Below are positions 26,274-36,619 of a DNA stretch of 64,000 bases, in pieces (within the stretch, counting starts at the first letter, position 1; each line of letters opens with the position of its first letter). Under the pieces are notes generated by a model. That model made no database searches, was not told the origin of the DNA, and saw only the letters and a program-made list of their open reading frames with translations. Made by a program: the position numbers and the translations under genes. The DNA lies in contig JAFVSL010000005.1 of assembly GCA_017503725.1 (NCBI GenBank), forward strand, positions 15,455-79,454, read 5' to 3'. The DNA comes from Alphaproteobacteria bacterium. GTDB taxonomy: Bacteria; Pseudomonadota; Alphaproteobacteria; Rs-D84.

Positions 26274-26837
26274 TTATTTCTTAGCCTTTGTAATCTTTTT
26301 GATTTTTTTGATTTGGCTGACTGCTAATTTCTTTACATTTTTCAGACTTTTTTCCAAATCACTATCTTCGGCGGCCGCCGTTTCAACCGGTTCCACATCC
26401 GAACAACAGAACGGACATTTTGTTGCCGCGTTGCTAATATTCGATTTACAGTATGGACACGCGTGTGTTGTCACCGGTGCTTTGGCACGTGCCTTATTCA
26501 CCGTACGCACAAACAAGAATATTGCAAACATAGTAATAAGGAAACTAACAATCGAATTCAGGAACAGCCCCAAATTCAACGTTGTTGCGCCCGCCGCCTG
26601 GGCCGCCGCAATCGTTTCATAGTGCGCGCCTGCTTCGCCACCGCCCAAGACAAAGAACCACTGTGAAAAATCAACACCACCAATCAACAACCCAATCGGT
26701 GGCATCAAGACATCTTTTACCAACGAATTTACAACACTGGTCATAACACTACCGACAATGATACCAACCGCCATATCGATTGCATTGCCACGATGAATAA
26801 AAGAACCAAATTCTTTAACAAGTTTCTTTACCGCCAT
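26274..26837 (-). CDS. mscL: Large-conductance mechanosensitive channel with a C-terminal extension containing CPYC...CPFCC
   Basis: N-terminal 130 aa match the MscL hallmark (...FGSFIHRGNAIDMAVGIIVGSVMTSVVNSLVKDVLMPPIG...). The protein has about 50 extra C-terminal residues with four-Cys spacing. Confidence 0.8.
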   Translation of the reverse strand: MAVKKLVKEFGSFIHRGNAIDMAVGIIVGSVMTSVVNSLVKDVLMPPIGLLIGGVDFSQWFFVLGGGEAGAHYETIAAAQAAGATTLNLGLFLNSIVSFLITMFAIFLFVRTVNKARAKAPVTTHACPYCKSNISNAATKCPFCCSDVEPVETAAAEDSDLEKSLKNVKKLAVSQIKKIKKITKAKK

Positions 26838-27393
26838 TTTTCTTTCCTTTTGCTATATGTTGTTTTATTGCACAAATCACCTTGTCCAGGGTTTTGCGCA
26901 AATTCTCGTCACGGGTTTCAACCGTAATATCTGCGCACGCATACGTCTGATACCGCTCATCAATTAACTGCCCCAAAATTTTACGACTGTCTGCGTGTAA
27001 TAATTGCGGACGCGTATTTCGCGAATTTGTTCTTTTTACAAGTAATTCCAGGTCAGCCTTCAACCAAATTGTCAACGCATTTTTAAGTAATATCTCGCGC
27101 ACCGCCGGGGTTATAAAAGCCCCCTCGCCGGTGGACAAAACCTTGACCCGCGGGTCCGTATCCAACAGACGTTCGATAACACGTTGTTCAACACGACGAA
27201 ATTCGGCCTCGCCGTACATAGAGAAGATATCAACCACACTGCACCCGGCGGCGGCCTCTATTTCTTTGTCTGAATCCACGAACACAACCCCCAGACGTCG
27301 TGCCAACGCACGTCCAACACTGGTCTTGCCCGCCCCCATCAGGCCGACCATAACAATCGGCCGATCCAACAATTTTACTAAATCTTTATCCAT
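26815..27393 (-). CDS. aroK: Shikimate kinase
   Basis: Walker A (GLMGAGKTSVGRALA). About 190 aa. Confidence 0.8.
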   Translation of the reverse strand: MDKDLVKLLDRPIVMVGLMGAGKTSVGRALARRLGVVFVDSDKEIEAAAGCSVVDIFSMYGEAEFRRVEQRVIERLLDTDPRVKVLSTGEGAFITPAVREILLKNALTIWLKADLELLVKRTNSRNTRPQLLHADSRKILGQLIDERYQTYACADITVETRDENLRKTLDKVICAIKQHIAKGKKNGGKETC

Positions 27394-27512
27394 AACACGC
27401 TTATTTTAGCAAAAAAAGCCACGCGCACAATAAAAAATCTTTTTATGTTTTTATTCCGACAAAAAATATGGTATAATTCCCACATAAGTACTTATTAAAC
27501 GAGAGAATAAAA

Positions 27513-28595
27513 ATGAAACCATCATATCTTTTAATTGCCGGCTTGTTGGCCACGGTCACATACGGCGCAAACGCATCTCATTTTTATGCAAATGGCATTT
27601 CTATGAACAACATTGCCACAATCCAGGATTCAATTCTGCACACCGCAATGCACACATTTGATCGTGTTCCGGCGGCAAATCTGGGCGACAAAAAAACAAT
27701 GATGCCCCCCGCCCCCGAAAAAAGCATAAATGAGTTATATGGTCAATTTCCGATATACGGCACAATGTCCATATACGGCGAATACGAAGAATATGAATTC
27801 GCCGGGCGCAGTGGTGGTGACGGCAAAAACCCACTGTTAAAGAATTTACAGTTCACGTGGCAACATTACAGCGACGATGTAAAACTGGATAATTTTGGCC
27901 GTGCCGATTCCAGATACGATTTAGCAATGACCGGCATCACCGGCGGACGCACGGAATTTTTCGACGGAATAACCGGTTGGGCGGCATACGCGGGCTTTAT
28001 CGATGGCAAACAATCGACCAGCGCCCTGCAAATCGACCAACGTGGTGGATACGCCGGGATATTTAGTCGTTTTAATTTAAAGCACTTTAACTTATCCGCA
28101 ACAATCAATGGCGGTGTTTTAACAAACGATGCAGATTTCGCACTGGGGTCTGACAATTATACAAATATGTGGGCCGGCGCGGCGGCAAACGCATCCATTA
28201 ACATAATATTGGATGACACATTCTCGCTGCAACCGGGGGTCCAGGTTGGATACACCTGGATTGAATCAGACAGTTATGTTTCCGCCACCGGCGACGACGT
28301 TTCTAATTCCGACCTGGGTGTGTTTGAGGTTGCACCCGCCCTGCACGCGATTAAGCATATCGGCAGTGGTTGGTTCGGAACCGCACACGTACGCTATGTT
28401 GCAATGATGACGGACGGCGGCGATTTATCGGTAAACGCAACTGATTTCGCCACATTGGAATCTGACAATTTTACAGAATATGGCCTGTCACTGGAAAAGA
28501 CGGTGGGACGTCTGAATCTGTCGGGCACATTGGTCCGTCGCGACGGTGGCCGTGACGGCTGGGGCGGCGGTTTGAATGTAAAGTATATATTCTAA
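27513..28595 (+). CDS. Outer-membrane beta-barrel protein of unknown function
   Basis: Signal peptide. Alternating amphipathic strands. C-terminal ...NVKYIF with terminal Phe. Confidence 0.6.
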   Translation: MKPSYLLIAGLLATVTYGANASHFYANGISMNNIATIQDSILHTAMHTFDRVPAANLGDKKTMMPPAPEKSINELYGQFPIYGTMSIYGEYEEYEFAGRSGGDGKNPLLKNLQFTWQHYSDDVKLDNFGRADSRYDLAMTGITGGRTEFFDGITGWAAYAGFIDGKQSTSALQIDQRGGYAGIFSRFNLKHFNLSATINGGVLTNDADFALGSDNYTNMWAGAAANASINIILDDTFSLQPGVQVGYTWIESDSYVSATGDDVSNSDLGVFEVAPALHAIKHIGSGWFGTAHVRYVAMMTDGGDLSVNATDFATLESDNFTEYGLSLEKTVGRLNLSGTLVRRDGGRDGWGGGLNVKYIF

Positions 28596-28632
28596 TAAAA
28601 CACAACAAAAAAAATCCCCCGTTGGGGGATTT

Positions 28633-28968
28633 TTAACGTTGTTTTTGGATTTTAACAGGCAATTTTTTATTCACACCTAACACCCACCGCCAGGTATCCG
28701 CGATAATCTTGTCAAATCCACCTTTTTGCTCAAATTCTACAATCCACGATTGAACGTCTGACTGATATCTTTCAAAACTCTCATACGACTGCCAACAATT
28801 ACGCAAGGTGCTGCGCTGATATCGCAACCGCTTATCATACTCGGTATACTCAGCGGGGGACTTCCCATCCAACACCTTTTCACACAGAGTATAAACCGCC
28901 TTGATTGTTGCCTTGCGACGCACAAGCCTACTCCATATTCGCCAGTTGCTCCAACTGATCCGCCGCAA
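28633..28968 (-). CDS. Hypothetical protein overlapping the prfA 3' end. May start at the GTG at about 28923.
   Basis: ORF only. No motif recognised. Confidence 0.3.
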   Translation of the reverse strand: MRRISWSNWRIWSRLVRRKATIKAVYTLCEKVLDGKSPAEYTEYDKRLRYQRSTLRNCWQSYESFERYQSDVQSWIVEFEQKGGFDKIIADTWRWVLGVNKKLPVKIQKQR

Positions 28969-29992
28969 TCAGCGCATCAATCATTTCATCCAATCCGACG
29001 CCACCCGCCAAGATATCATCCAACTTGTACAGGGTTAATTTGATACGATGATCGGTTACACGTTGTTCTGGGAAATTGTACGTACGAATCTTTTCGCTGC
29101 GGTCGCCCGAACCAACCATTGTTTTACGCGAAGCGTTGCTGGCCGATTCCTGTTCCATACGCTGTTTTTCATACAGTTTTGAACGCAACACAGACATCGC
29201 GGAAATCTTGTTTTGCAATTGACTGCGTTCATTCTGGCACGTGACAACAATCCCCGTCGGAAAGTGCGTAATACGAATCGCACTGTCGGTTTTGTTAACG
29301 TGCTGGCCACCGGCACCGGACGCACGGAAAATATCGATACGAATATCCTTGTCTTCGATAACGACGTCTATGTCTTTGGCCTCGGGCATAACGGCGACGG
29401 ATGCGGCACTGGTATGAATACGGCCGCCGGCCTCGGTCTCGGGCACACGCTGAACACGATGAATCCCCGATTCAAATTTCATACGACCATACGCCCCCGC
29501 CCCGTCGATTTTAAAGACAATCTCTTTGTACCCGCGCAGGGATGTCGCATTTTCTTCGATAACCTCGACTTTCCAGCCCTGGCGCAGGGCATATGATTTA
29601 TACTGATTATATAAATCACCCGCAAACAGCGCAGATTCTTCGCCACCGACGCCCGCACGAATTTCCATAATCACACTGTTGTCATCGGCATCGTCACGTG
29701 GCAACAACGCAATTTGCAGACTTTTTTCAATATCCGGCAATTTGTGATTTAATTCGTGCAGTTGTTCATTTGCAATTTCACGCAATTCTGGGTCGTTCAG
29801 CATTTCTTGGGCATCACTAATCCCCGCCACTGTTTGAAAATATTCCGTAATTAACGGCAAAATTTCATTCAGGCGCGAATATTCCTTGGACAGTTTTGTT
29901 AACTCATCCCCCGAAACCGACCCCGAATTCATTTGCGCTTCGATATCTGCGGCACGCGTTTGAATATCGCGTAATTTTTGTTCAATAATCAT
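28928..29992 (-). CDS. prfA: Peptide chain release factor 1
   Basis: GGQ motif (SGAGGQHVNKTDSAIRITH). RF1-type tripeptide region (RVPETE, PxT-like) rather than the SPF of RF2. No programmed frameshift. Confidence 0.85.
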   Translation of the reverse strand: MIIEQKLRDIQTRAADIEAQMNSGSVSGDELTKLSKEYSRLNEILPLITEYFQTVAGISDAQEMLNDPELREIANEQLHELNHKLPDIEKSLQIALLPRDDADDNSVIMEIRAGVGGEESALFAGDLYNQYKSYALRQGWKVEVIEENATSLRGYKEIVFKIDGAGAYGRMKFESGIHRVQRVPETEAGGRIHTSAASVAVMPEAKDIDVVIEDKDIRIDIFRASGAGGQHVNKTDSAIRITHFPTGIVVTCQNERSQLQNKISAMSVLRSKLYEKQRMEQESASNASRKTMVGSGDRSEKIRTYNFPEQRVTDHRIKLTLYKLDDILAGGVGLDEMIDALIAADQLEQLANME

Positions 29993-29997
29993 TTTTA

Positions 29998-31299
29998 TTA
30001 CGCCCCCAACACCGTCTTTATCGCATCGGCAACCGACAACGACTGCTGTTCACCGGTTGTCATATTTTTCAATGCAACAACTTGATTTTCTTTCTCGGAT
30101 TCGCCAACTATCACACTGAATTTAGTTTTAATTTTATCGGCATACTCAATTTGATTTTTAAACTTTTTTTCCGCATCCAGATATGCCACCGCCGGTATTT
30201 TTGCATCGCGCAACGCGTTTAAAACAGACACCGCGTACGATAAATTTTCATTCCCCATACACAGCACCGCCACATCCACCGGCGATTCAAATTGCGTCAA
30301 ATCAATCGCCCCAGATTCCATCAGCGCAACAAAGATACGCGAAAAACCAATGGCTGCACCGACACCAATAATCTTGGTTTTACTGAATTTTCCGGTCAAA
30401 TCCGCATAACGACCACCACCGGCCGCCGTACCCAGTTCTGGATGATTTAATAACTTAAATTCAAATACCAAACCGGTATAATACGCCAAACCACGTGTAA
30501 TCGACAAATCAATTTCGGCATTTTTTACCCCGAACAATTCCAGCGTTTTCATAAATTCATTCAATTCTGAAACCGCCGCATCCAACTTGTCAGACTTGTT
30601 CAAGAAATCAAAATAACCATTTGTAAATACTGATTTGATTTGATTTTCTTTGCTTTCATTATTTAACGTATCACGCAACCCTTCGGCAAAGTCTGCATCG
30701 CCCATTTTATCTTTTTTATCGATTAAAACGAACACATCTTTCTTTTGATTATCATTCATTTCCAGATAATCAAACAATGCATCCCAGAACGGACGCGAGC
30801 CGACACGAACCGCATTTTCACCGATAAATTCGGACACTGAATTTAACGTACGTTGAATCACAGAAATAATTTCCGCATCATAATTCGTAGACAACGAATT
30901 TACGCCCATTATATCCATATCCATCTGATAAAATTCGCGATACCGACCACGCTGTGCGCGTTCACCACGGTAACGTTTTGAAAACTGACTGGCCCGGAAT
31001 GGGAACGTCAAATCGTTCAGGTGCCCCGCCACATATCGCGACAATCCCACCGTCCCGTCATAGCGCAGGCCCATTTTTGTGTCGCCCTTCTGGAACAAGA
31101 ACATCTGGGTTTCAATTTCATCCCAGTTATCTTTGTCCGTCAACACCTCGGCCCGTTCAATGGCCGGCAAATCCAGCATATTAAACCCAGACGTTTTTAA
31201 TACATCCAACATACGCGCCGCACAAAAATCAAAGCAACGCTGTTGCGCCGGTAATAATTCTATAAAACCTGATAATGGTTTTGTTGGTTTAAGATCCAT
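29998..31299 (-). CDS. hisS: Histidyl-tRNA synthetase
   Basis: Class II motif 2 region (RYRGERAQRGRYREFYQ), motif 3 (GGGRYADL) and a C-terminal anticodon-binding domain. Confidence 0.85.
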   Translation of the reverse strand: MDLKPTKPLSGFIELLPAQQRCFDFCAARMLDVLKTSGFNMLDLPAIERAEVLTDKDNWDEIETQMFLFQKGDTKMGLRYDGTVGLSRYVAGHLNDLTFPFRASQFSKRYRGERAQRGRYREFYQMDMDIMGVNSLSTNYDAEIISVIQRTLNSVSEFIGENAVRVGSRPFWDALFDYLEMNDNQKKDVFVLIDKKDKMGDADFAEGLRDTLNNESKENQIKSVFTNGYFDFLNKSDKLDAAVSELNEFMKTLELFGVKNAEIDLSITRGLAYYTGLVFEFKLLNHPELGTAAGGGRYADLTGKFSKTKIIGVGAAIGFSRIFVALMESGAIDLTQFESPVDVAVLCMGNENLSYAVSVLNALRDAKIPAVAYLDAEKKFKNQIEYADKIKTKFSVIVGESEKENQVVALKNMTTGEQQSLSVADAIKTVLGA

Positions 31300-31650
31300 T
31301 TTTTATTCCCTATTGTTTTTAATGGAAAAACTTAATGCACAATGTGCACACATTATATCATATAAAAATGCAATATGCTAATATTCGCCCGCGCGGGCGT
31401 GATGAAAAACAGAAAAGATAAACTTATTTTCTTTCATATCGCTTTAATTTTAGGACAAATTTTATAATTTTCAAGTAAAAACCGATAAAAAAAGGCGGGA
31501 CACACGCCCCGCAATAAACATCCAAATGACGAAAGAAAAGAATTCCTTGCCTTGAACATCCGAACAATTCATCACAGATTTGTGTGTCCCATCAAGATAT
31601 CCATATTATGACACACCACACCATCCACCGCCACAGGTACGTTTTCACAT

Positions 31651-32358
31651 TCAAAACCACTTGTGCAATTCGCCACCATTCTGGGTCAGCCAACGTTTTG
31701 CACGCTCCACCCCAAATCCATATAATTCACGTACCGTCGCCCAAAATTCCGCCGAATGATCCATATGTTTTGTATGTGCCAATTCGTGCATCACCACATA
31801 TCGCATAACCGCCAAGGGCGCAAACGCCAATCGCCACGAAAAAGACATTGTGCCCGTTGTTGAACAACTGCCCCAGCGGGTTGTTGTATCACGCACCGCA
31901 ATCCGCGCAGGCCAAAATTCACGTGGGGTTGTTCGTATTATTTCCTTTACACGCTTTAAAAATTCAGATTTTATAAAATCGCGTACCCGTCGTTCAAACA
32001 TATCCGCCCCACCCCCAACAATCAACGTATATGTACCATTATTATTTTGAACAAACGCATTTGACCGACGTGATGCATCACGAACCAACGCAACACGCAG
32101 GTCAAAAATCAAAATCTCGTCCCCCGGGCCCAAGGCGCATTTTTGCGGACACGTTGCATAAATATTTTCAACCCATTTTCGTTTAGACTCTAAAAAACGC
32201 AACGCCGCCGAATTTGACGCCAGCCACGGTCGCGACATATGAATTTCACGCACCGGGCGTGTTTTTGGTCGCAGGGTAATATTACGCGCACCACGTCGTG
32301 TTTGAATAATTACTGGGATTTTTTCACCGTTTGATAAAACAAATTCAAATTCGGCCAT
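31651..32358 (-). CDS. Zinc metallohydrolase of the DUF45/YgjP (WLM-like) type
   Basis: HELAH zinc-binding motif (VMHELAHTKHMDHS) near the C-terminus. About 235 aa. Confidence 0.65.
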   Translation of the reverse strand: MAEFEFVLSNGEKIPVIIQTRRGARNITLRPKTRPVREIHMSRPWLASNSAALRFLESKRKWVENIYATCPQKCALGPGDEILIFDLRVALVRDASRRSNAFVQNNNGTYTLIVGGGADMFERRVRDFIKSEFLKRVKEIIRTTPREFWPARIAVRDTTTRWGSCSTTGTMSFSWRLAFAPLAVMRYVVMHELAHTKHMDHSAEFWATVRELYGFGVERAKRWLTQNGGELHKWF

Positions 32359-32360
32359 TT

Positions 32361-34142
32361 TTATTTAATTTTCTTTTTTAAATCACCCGCAATTTTATCC
32401 GCATCAAAACCAAAGTGTTTGTAAACTTCATCCCCGGCCCCAGACATACCGAATTCATCAATTCCAACAACCGCATCGGCAAATTCAAACCACGGCGCGG
32501 TGGCGCCCGCCTCTATCACCACAACAAAGCCACGTAATATTTCATTTTTATATTCATCACTTTGGCGCTTGAAATATTCAACCGATGGCATAGACACAAC
32601 CTGAATCCCGGCGCCTAATTTTTCTGCAACCGCAATGGCCAACGGAACCTCGGCCCCGGTTGCAATAATTGTCGCGCGAACGCGCGCCGTTGTTGCCGGA
32701 CGTATTACATATGCCCCACGACAAATCTGGGCATCGGTTGGCGTCGGAATTTGCTTAAACCGCTGTCGCGACAGGATGATTGACGACGGACTGTTATTAT
32801 CACGCAACGCCATTTGCCAGCATACCGCAACCTCGTCCGCGTTACAGGGTCTAAACACATTCATATTTGGAATCAATCGCAATGATGCCAGTTGTTCAAT
32901 CGGCTGATGCGTGGGACCATCTTCACCAACGGCAATACTGTCGTGTGTCAAAACATAAATCATCGGCAACTTGGACAATGCCGCAATACGCATCGCCGGC
33001 CGCATATAATCACTAAACACCAAGAACGTTGACGCATACGCACGCAGTCCAACCGACACAACACCATTCATAATCGCCGCCATTGCGTGTTCGCGCACAC
33101 CAAAGTTTATATAATTGCCATTAAATTTCCCCGGCAAGATATCACGCGACGCGCCCACACGCACATTCGTACTGGCGCCCAGGTCCGCACTGCCCCCAAA
33201 TATCGGGAATCCCGCGCGGATAATTTCATTCAAATAAAGTCCCGACAATTCACGCGTTGAAATTGTATCTGATACCGCCGGCATTTTCACCGTCGACACA
33301 TTCATAGACGGATTAACCATTAACATATCAACACGACGACGCGCCACATCCGACCACAGCATTTCACCCGTCGACGATATGTTTTCTTCAATTAAACGTG
33401 ACAATTCATCATCCGTCAGTGCATACCCGTGCGCCCGATTAGAACCCGCCAAACTTGTCCCCAGGCCAATCTTGGTCTTGCATTGAATAAAGGTTGGCCT
33501 GTCCGCATTTTGCGCCATAGACAATGCGCGATTTATTTTTACAAAATCATTACCCGGCACCGTTATCACATTCCAACCCGCGGCCGTCATACGCATAGAC
33601 ACATCAGCATCCACCAATGCGGCGCCATCAATCGATACGCCATTATCATCCCACAACAAAACCAGATTATTTAAACCATACCGACCGGCAAAAGAAATCG
33701 ATTCGTTTGCGACCCCTTCCATTAAATCACCATCAGAGCACAAACAATACACCCGCCCATCTGAATTACGCAGCTTTTCCGCCAACGCGATGCCAACCGC
33801 ATTTCCAACACCCTGGCCCAGTGGCCCCGTTGTTGCATCAACACCGTCAATACCAAATTCTGGATGCCCCGGCAGGCCACCCATTTTACGAAAAGAATTT
33901 AACGACCGAATATCATACCCACACAAATTCAAAACCGAATACAATAACGCCGATCCGTGTCCCGCCGACAAAATAAATTTATCCCGACCGAATCGCAAAT
34001 GATTTGCATAAATCGCGGTTATAATATCCGCCGCCCCCATCACAATTCCAATATGTCCATTGCCGGCACATTTTAACGCATGCAGGGCCCACGCGCGAAC
34101 CGCACGTGACATTTCTTTTAAATCTTTGGAATTGTACGCCAT
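32361..34142 (-). CDS. tkt: Transketolase
   Basis: N-terminal TPP-binding region (GHIGIVMGAADI...SAGHGSALLYS...GHPE...GPLGQG). Confidence 0.85.
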   Translation of the reverse strand: MAYNSKDLKEMSRAVRAWALHALKCAGNGHIGIVMGAADIITAIYANHLRFGRDKFILSAGHGSALLYSVLNLCGYDIRSLNSFRKMGGLPGHPEFGIDGVDATTGPLGQGVGNAVGIALAEKLRNSDGRVYCLCSDGDLMEGVANESISFAGRYGLNNLVLLWDDNGVSIDGAALVDADVSMRMTAAGWNVITVPGNDFVKINRALSMAQNADRPTFIQCKTKIGLGTSLAGSNRAHGYALTDDELSRLIEENISSTGEMLWSDVARRRVDMLMVNPSMNVSTVKMPAVSDTISTRELSGLYLNEIIRAGFPIFGGSADLGASTNVRVGASRDILPGKFNGNYINFGVREHAMAAIMNGVVSVGLRAYASTFLVFSDYMRPAMRIAALSKLPMIYVLTHDSIAVGEDGPTHQPIEQLASLRLIPNMNVFRPCNADEVAVCWQMALRDNNSPSSIILSRQRFKQIPTPTDAQICRGAYVIRPATTARVRATIIATGAEVPLAIAVAEKLGAGIQVVSMPSVEYFKRQSDEYKNEILRGFVVVIEAGATAPWFEFADAVVGIDEFGMSGAGDEVYKHFGFDADKIAGDLKKKIK

Positions 34143-34178
34143 ATGTGATATTATATCACAAAAAGGACATATATAAAA

Positions 34179-34607
34179 ATGTTAAAAATTTGGACGGATG
34201 GATCGTGCCTGGGTAATCCGGGCCCCGGCGGATGGGGATTTGTTGCAACCGACGGCAAAAACATTGCCGAACGCAGTGGCGGCGAAAAAAACACTACAAA
34301 CAATCGAATGGAATTGATGGCGGTGATATGCGCCCTGACCGCGGCGCGCCGACACGACGAATTGGAAATCCACACCGACAGCCAGTATGTAAAAAACGGA
34401 ATGTTATCCTGGGTCAAAAATTGGAAGAAAAACAATTGGCGCACCGCTAACAAAAAACCGGTCAAGAACCAAGACCTGTGGATGAAACTGGATGAATTGG
34501 CATCGACAAAAAAAATTCATTGGTTCTGGGTACGTGGCCACAATGGCGACGAAATGAACGAACGCGTAGACTTACTTGCCCGCACCGCCGCCGAAAACCT
34601 GAAATAA
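34179..34607 (+). CDS. rnhA: Ribonuclease HI
   Basis: IWTDGSCLGNPGPGGWG ... NNRMEL ... TDSQYV catalytic residues. 142 aa. Confidence 0.9.
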   Translation: MLKIWTDGSCLGNPGPGGWGFVATDGKNIAERSGGEKNTTNNRMELMAVICALTAARRHDELEIHTDSQYVKNGMLSWVKNWKKNNWRTANKKPVKNQDLWMKLDELASTKKIHWFWVRGHNGDEMNERVDLLARTAAENLK

Positions 34608-34632
34608 AAAGCCCCAGTTTCTGGGGATTTTT

Positions 34633-35118
34633 TTATGACATTGGACACGCACCTGTAAATTCATACGTGCCTAGTGTGTCTGTAAATGATACGCCCGCCG
34701 GCGCATACATTATACACGACCCCGCGGGACTGGATACCAAACACGATTCCGCCGTACCAATGGCGGTTGTGCCACTGGGGCAATTGGTCGCGATGGTGAT
34801 TTGTTCTTCATTTATTGCAATGTAACCTGATGGACAGGTATCTATTGCATTACAAAGACCGTTTTGACATATCAAACCACTGGCACAAGGTTTTTCCGTA
34901 TCAAGATAATAACCTATATCTCCTACTTTTGTTCTACAGGATTCTCCAAGGACGGCGGGCGCTGCACAATACCTCAATAATTCGCCACTTTTTTGTGAAC
35001 ATACCAGCGATGCGCAATCTCTGTTCGCTATGCACTGTTCACCATTGGCCAGTTCGCCTTGTGCAGCCGCATACGCGACAATCGGTACAAGCATCAATAA
35101 AAATATCAATCGTTTCAT
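34633..35118 (-). CDS. Family-A secreted Cys-rich protein, copy A3
   Basis: Start at ATG 35118 (MKRLIFLLMLVPIVAYA) with RBS AAGGGG. Carries the conserved block CPSGYIAINEEQITIATNCPSG. Confidence 0.65.
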   Translation of the reverse strand: MKRLIFLLMLVPIVAYAAAQGELANGEQCIANRDCASLVCSQKSGELLRYCAAPAVLGESCRTKVGDIGYYLDTEKPCASGLICQNGLCNAIDTCPSGYIAINEEQITIATNCPSGTTAIGTAESCLVSSPAGSCIMYAPAGVSFTDTLGTYEFTGACPMS

Positions 35119-35128
35119 TCGCACCCCC

Positions 35129-35566
35129 TTAATTGGCCAATGAACCAAACAGCGCGGACCGGCACTCGGAAACGCTCTGGGCGTAGTACGCACAGCTGTA
35201 CGAACAGGAGTACACGCAAAAACTGGCGGACGAAACCGCGCCGAGATACACCCAAGACGACACGGCCGGCTCGACCATTTTGCACCAGCAATATTTATTG
35301 GTCGTATCCGATGAGTCGCTTACCGTTGTAATTGCATCCGATGTGCCATATGTTGCGTCCGCTTTTTGATTTGAGCACATCGCAATTCCCTTAATCGGGA
35401 CACTGGTACCATTCGTTGTACACGTCGCGGACCAATCCGCATTCCCCGCCGTCGGTGTCGATGTACATGTCGTGCTTGATGCGTCCAGCGCCACGCATTT
35501 CTGGACGGCGGTGGCGGGTGTGGCGAGTATCGCACCAATCGCGGTTATTGTTAAAAGTTTTTTCAT
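35129..35566 (-). CDS. Family-B secreted Cys-rich protein, copy B3 (NKYCWCKMVEPAVSSW)
   Basis: Signal peptide MKKLLTITAIGAILATPATA. RBS AAAGGGAG. Confidence 0.65.
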   Translation of the reverse strand: MKKLLTITAIGAILATPATAVQKCVALDASSTTCTSTPTAGNADWSATCTTNGTSVPIKGIAMCSNQKADATYGTSDAITTVSDSSDTTNKYCWCKMVEPAVSSWVYLGAVSSASFCVYSCSYSCAYYAQSVSECRSALFGSLAN

Positions 35567-35722
35567 CTGTTTACTCCCTTTCTTTTGTTTTATTCGCGAA
35601 AAAAAACAAAAACCACGCGCATAAACGAGTGGTCAGGAGGTTAGTAACAATTATAAGGAATTGTGTGCTTATTCAACATATTCGCAACCCTCCTGACACC
35701 TATATGTTCAGGAGTTTTTATT
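35567..35722 (-). promoter_or_regulatory. Conserved B-cassette leader, copy L3
   Basis: Near-identical to L2 in the mRNA sense, including the U-run hairpin (cactcgtttatgcgcgtggtttttgtttttttt). Confidence 0.6.
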
Positions 35723-35959
35723 TGTCATTTGGATTTCATACGAAAAAACACGCCATATGGCGCGCCCGGTTCAGGATCTTTCGTTGTTTTATCCAGACGC
35801 CTTATATCGGGTTACTACACCCCATTACAACCATCGGTTATAACAAACAAATTATAACCAAATATTTCATCAAACGCAACGACGAAGATAAATAATTATG
35901 TATTCCTCCACTAACCACTTACACTAATCACTAAAAAATCCCGCCGAATGGCGGGATTT

Positions 35960-36619
35960 TTATCCACGGAACCCCAGTGCAACAATAAACATTTCCACAC
36001 TGTCCTTGCGTGACGATGGTGGCTTGATATGATGCACAGATTCAAATTTTTCTTTGATTTGTTTTAATAAATCATTTGTTGTTCCGCCGGTAAAGGACTT
36101 ACACACAAACGTACCACCCGGCTTTAATGCACGTAACGCAAAATCAAACGCATATTCCAATAAAACCATCTGACGAATATGATCTGTCTTTTTATGTCCA
36201 ACCGTATTCGGCGCCATATCAGATACAATCACATCCGCGGTTCCATTACCAATCTGGTCTGGTTGCAAGCCCAACTTTTCTTCCAGCCAGCGCAATGCCG
36301 CATCAGATGTAAAATCGCCCTGATATGTTTCCACACCGACAATTGGCGATATTTCCAGCAAATCCATCGCAAAAACTTTCGATTTCGGATACGTCCGCGC
36401 AATATATTGCGACCACGAACCCGGTGCCGCACCCAAATCAACAACAACCTGACCATTGCGCAAGAATTTAAACTTCTCGTTCATCTCAATCAGTTTATAT
36501 GCCGCACGTGCGCGATAGCCATCCTTTTGTGCGCGTGCGACATACGGATCCGCCGCCTGGCGTTGCAGCCACGCGACCGACGATTTCTTTGCCGCAATTT
36601 TCTTATTTGTTATTTTCAT
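35960..36619 (-). CDS. rlmE: 23S rRNA (uridine2552-2'-O)-methyltransferase
   Basis: FtsJ motifs (VVDLGAAPGSWSQY, DVIVSDMAPN). About 219 aa. Confidence 0.85.
   Translation of the reverse strand: MKITNKKIAAKKSSVAWLQRQAADPYVARAQKDGYRARAAYKLIEMNEKFKFLRNGQVVVDLGAAPGSWSQYIARTYPKSKVFAMDLLEISPIVGVETYQGDFTSDAALRWLEEKLGLQPDQIGNGTADVIVSDMAPNTVGHKKTDHIRQMVLLEYAFDFALRALKPGGTFVCKSFTGGTTNDLLKQIKEKFESVHHIKPPSSRKDSVEMFIVALGFRG

Noticed and set aside
28928-29992. Programmed +1 frameshift expected for release factor 2
   Set aside because: The protein is RF1-type (prfA), in one continuous frame, with no internal in-frame stop or slippery site. There is no frameshift.
34520-34825. ORF 34520..34825(+) and ORF 3153..3437(+)
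   Set aside because: They are antisense to the family-A genes and reflect the conserved A-gene sequence read backwards (VNSYVPSVSVNDTPAGAYI appears in both), not independent genes.
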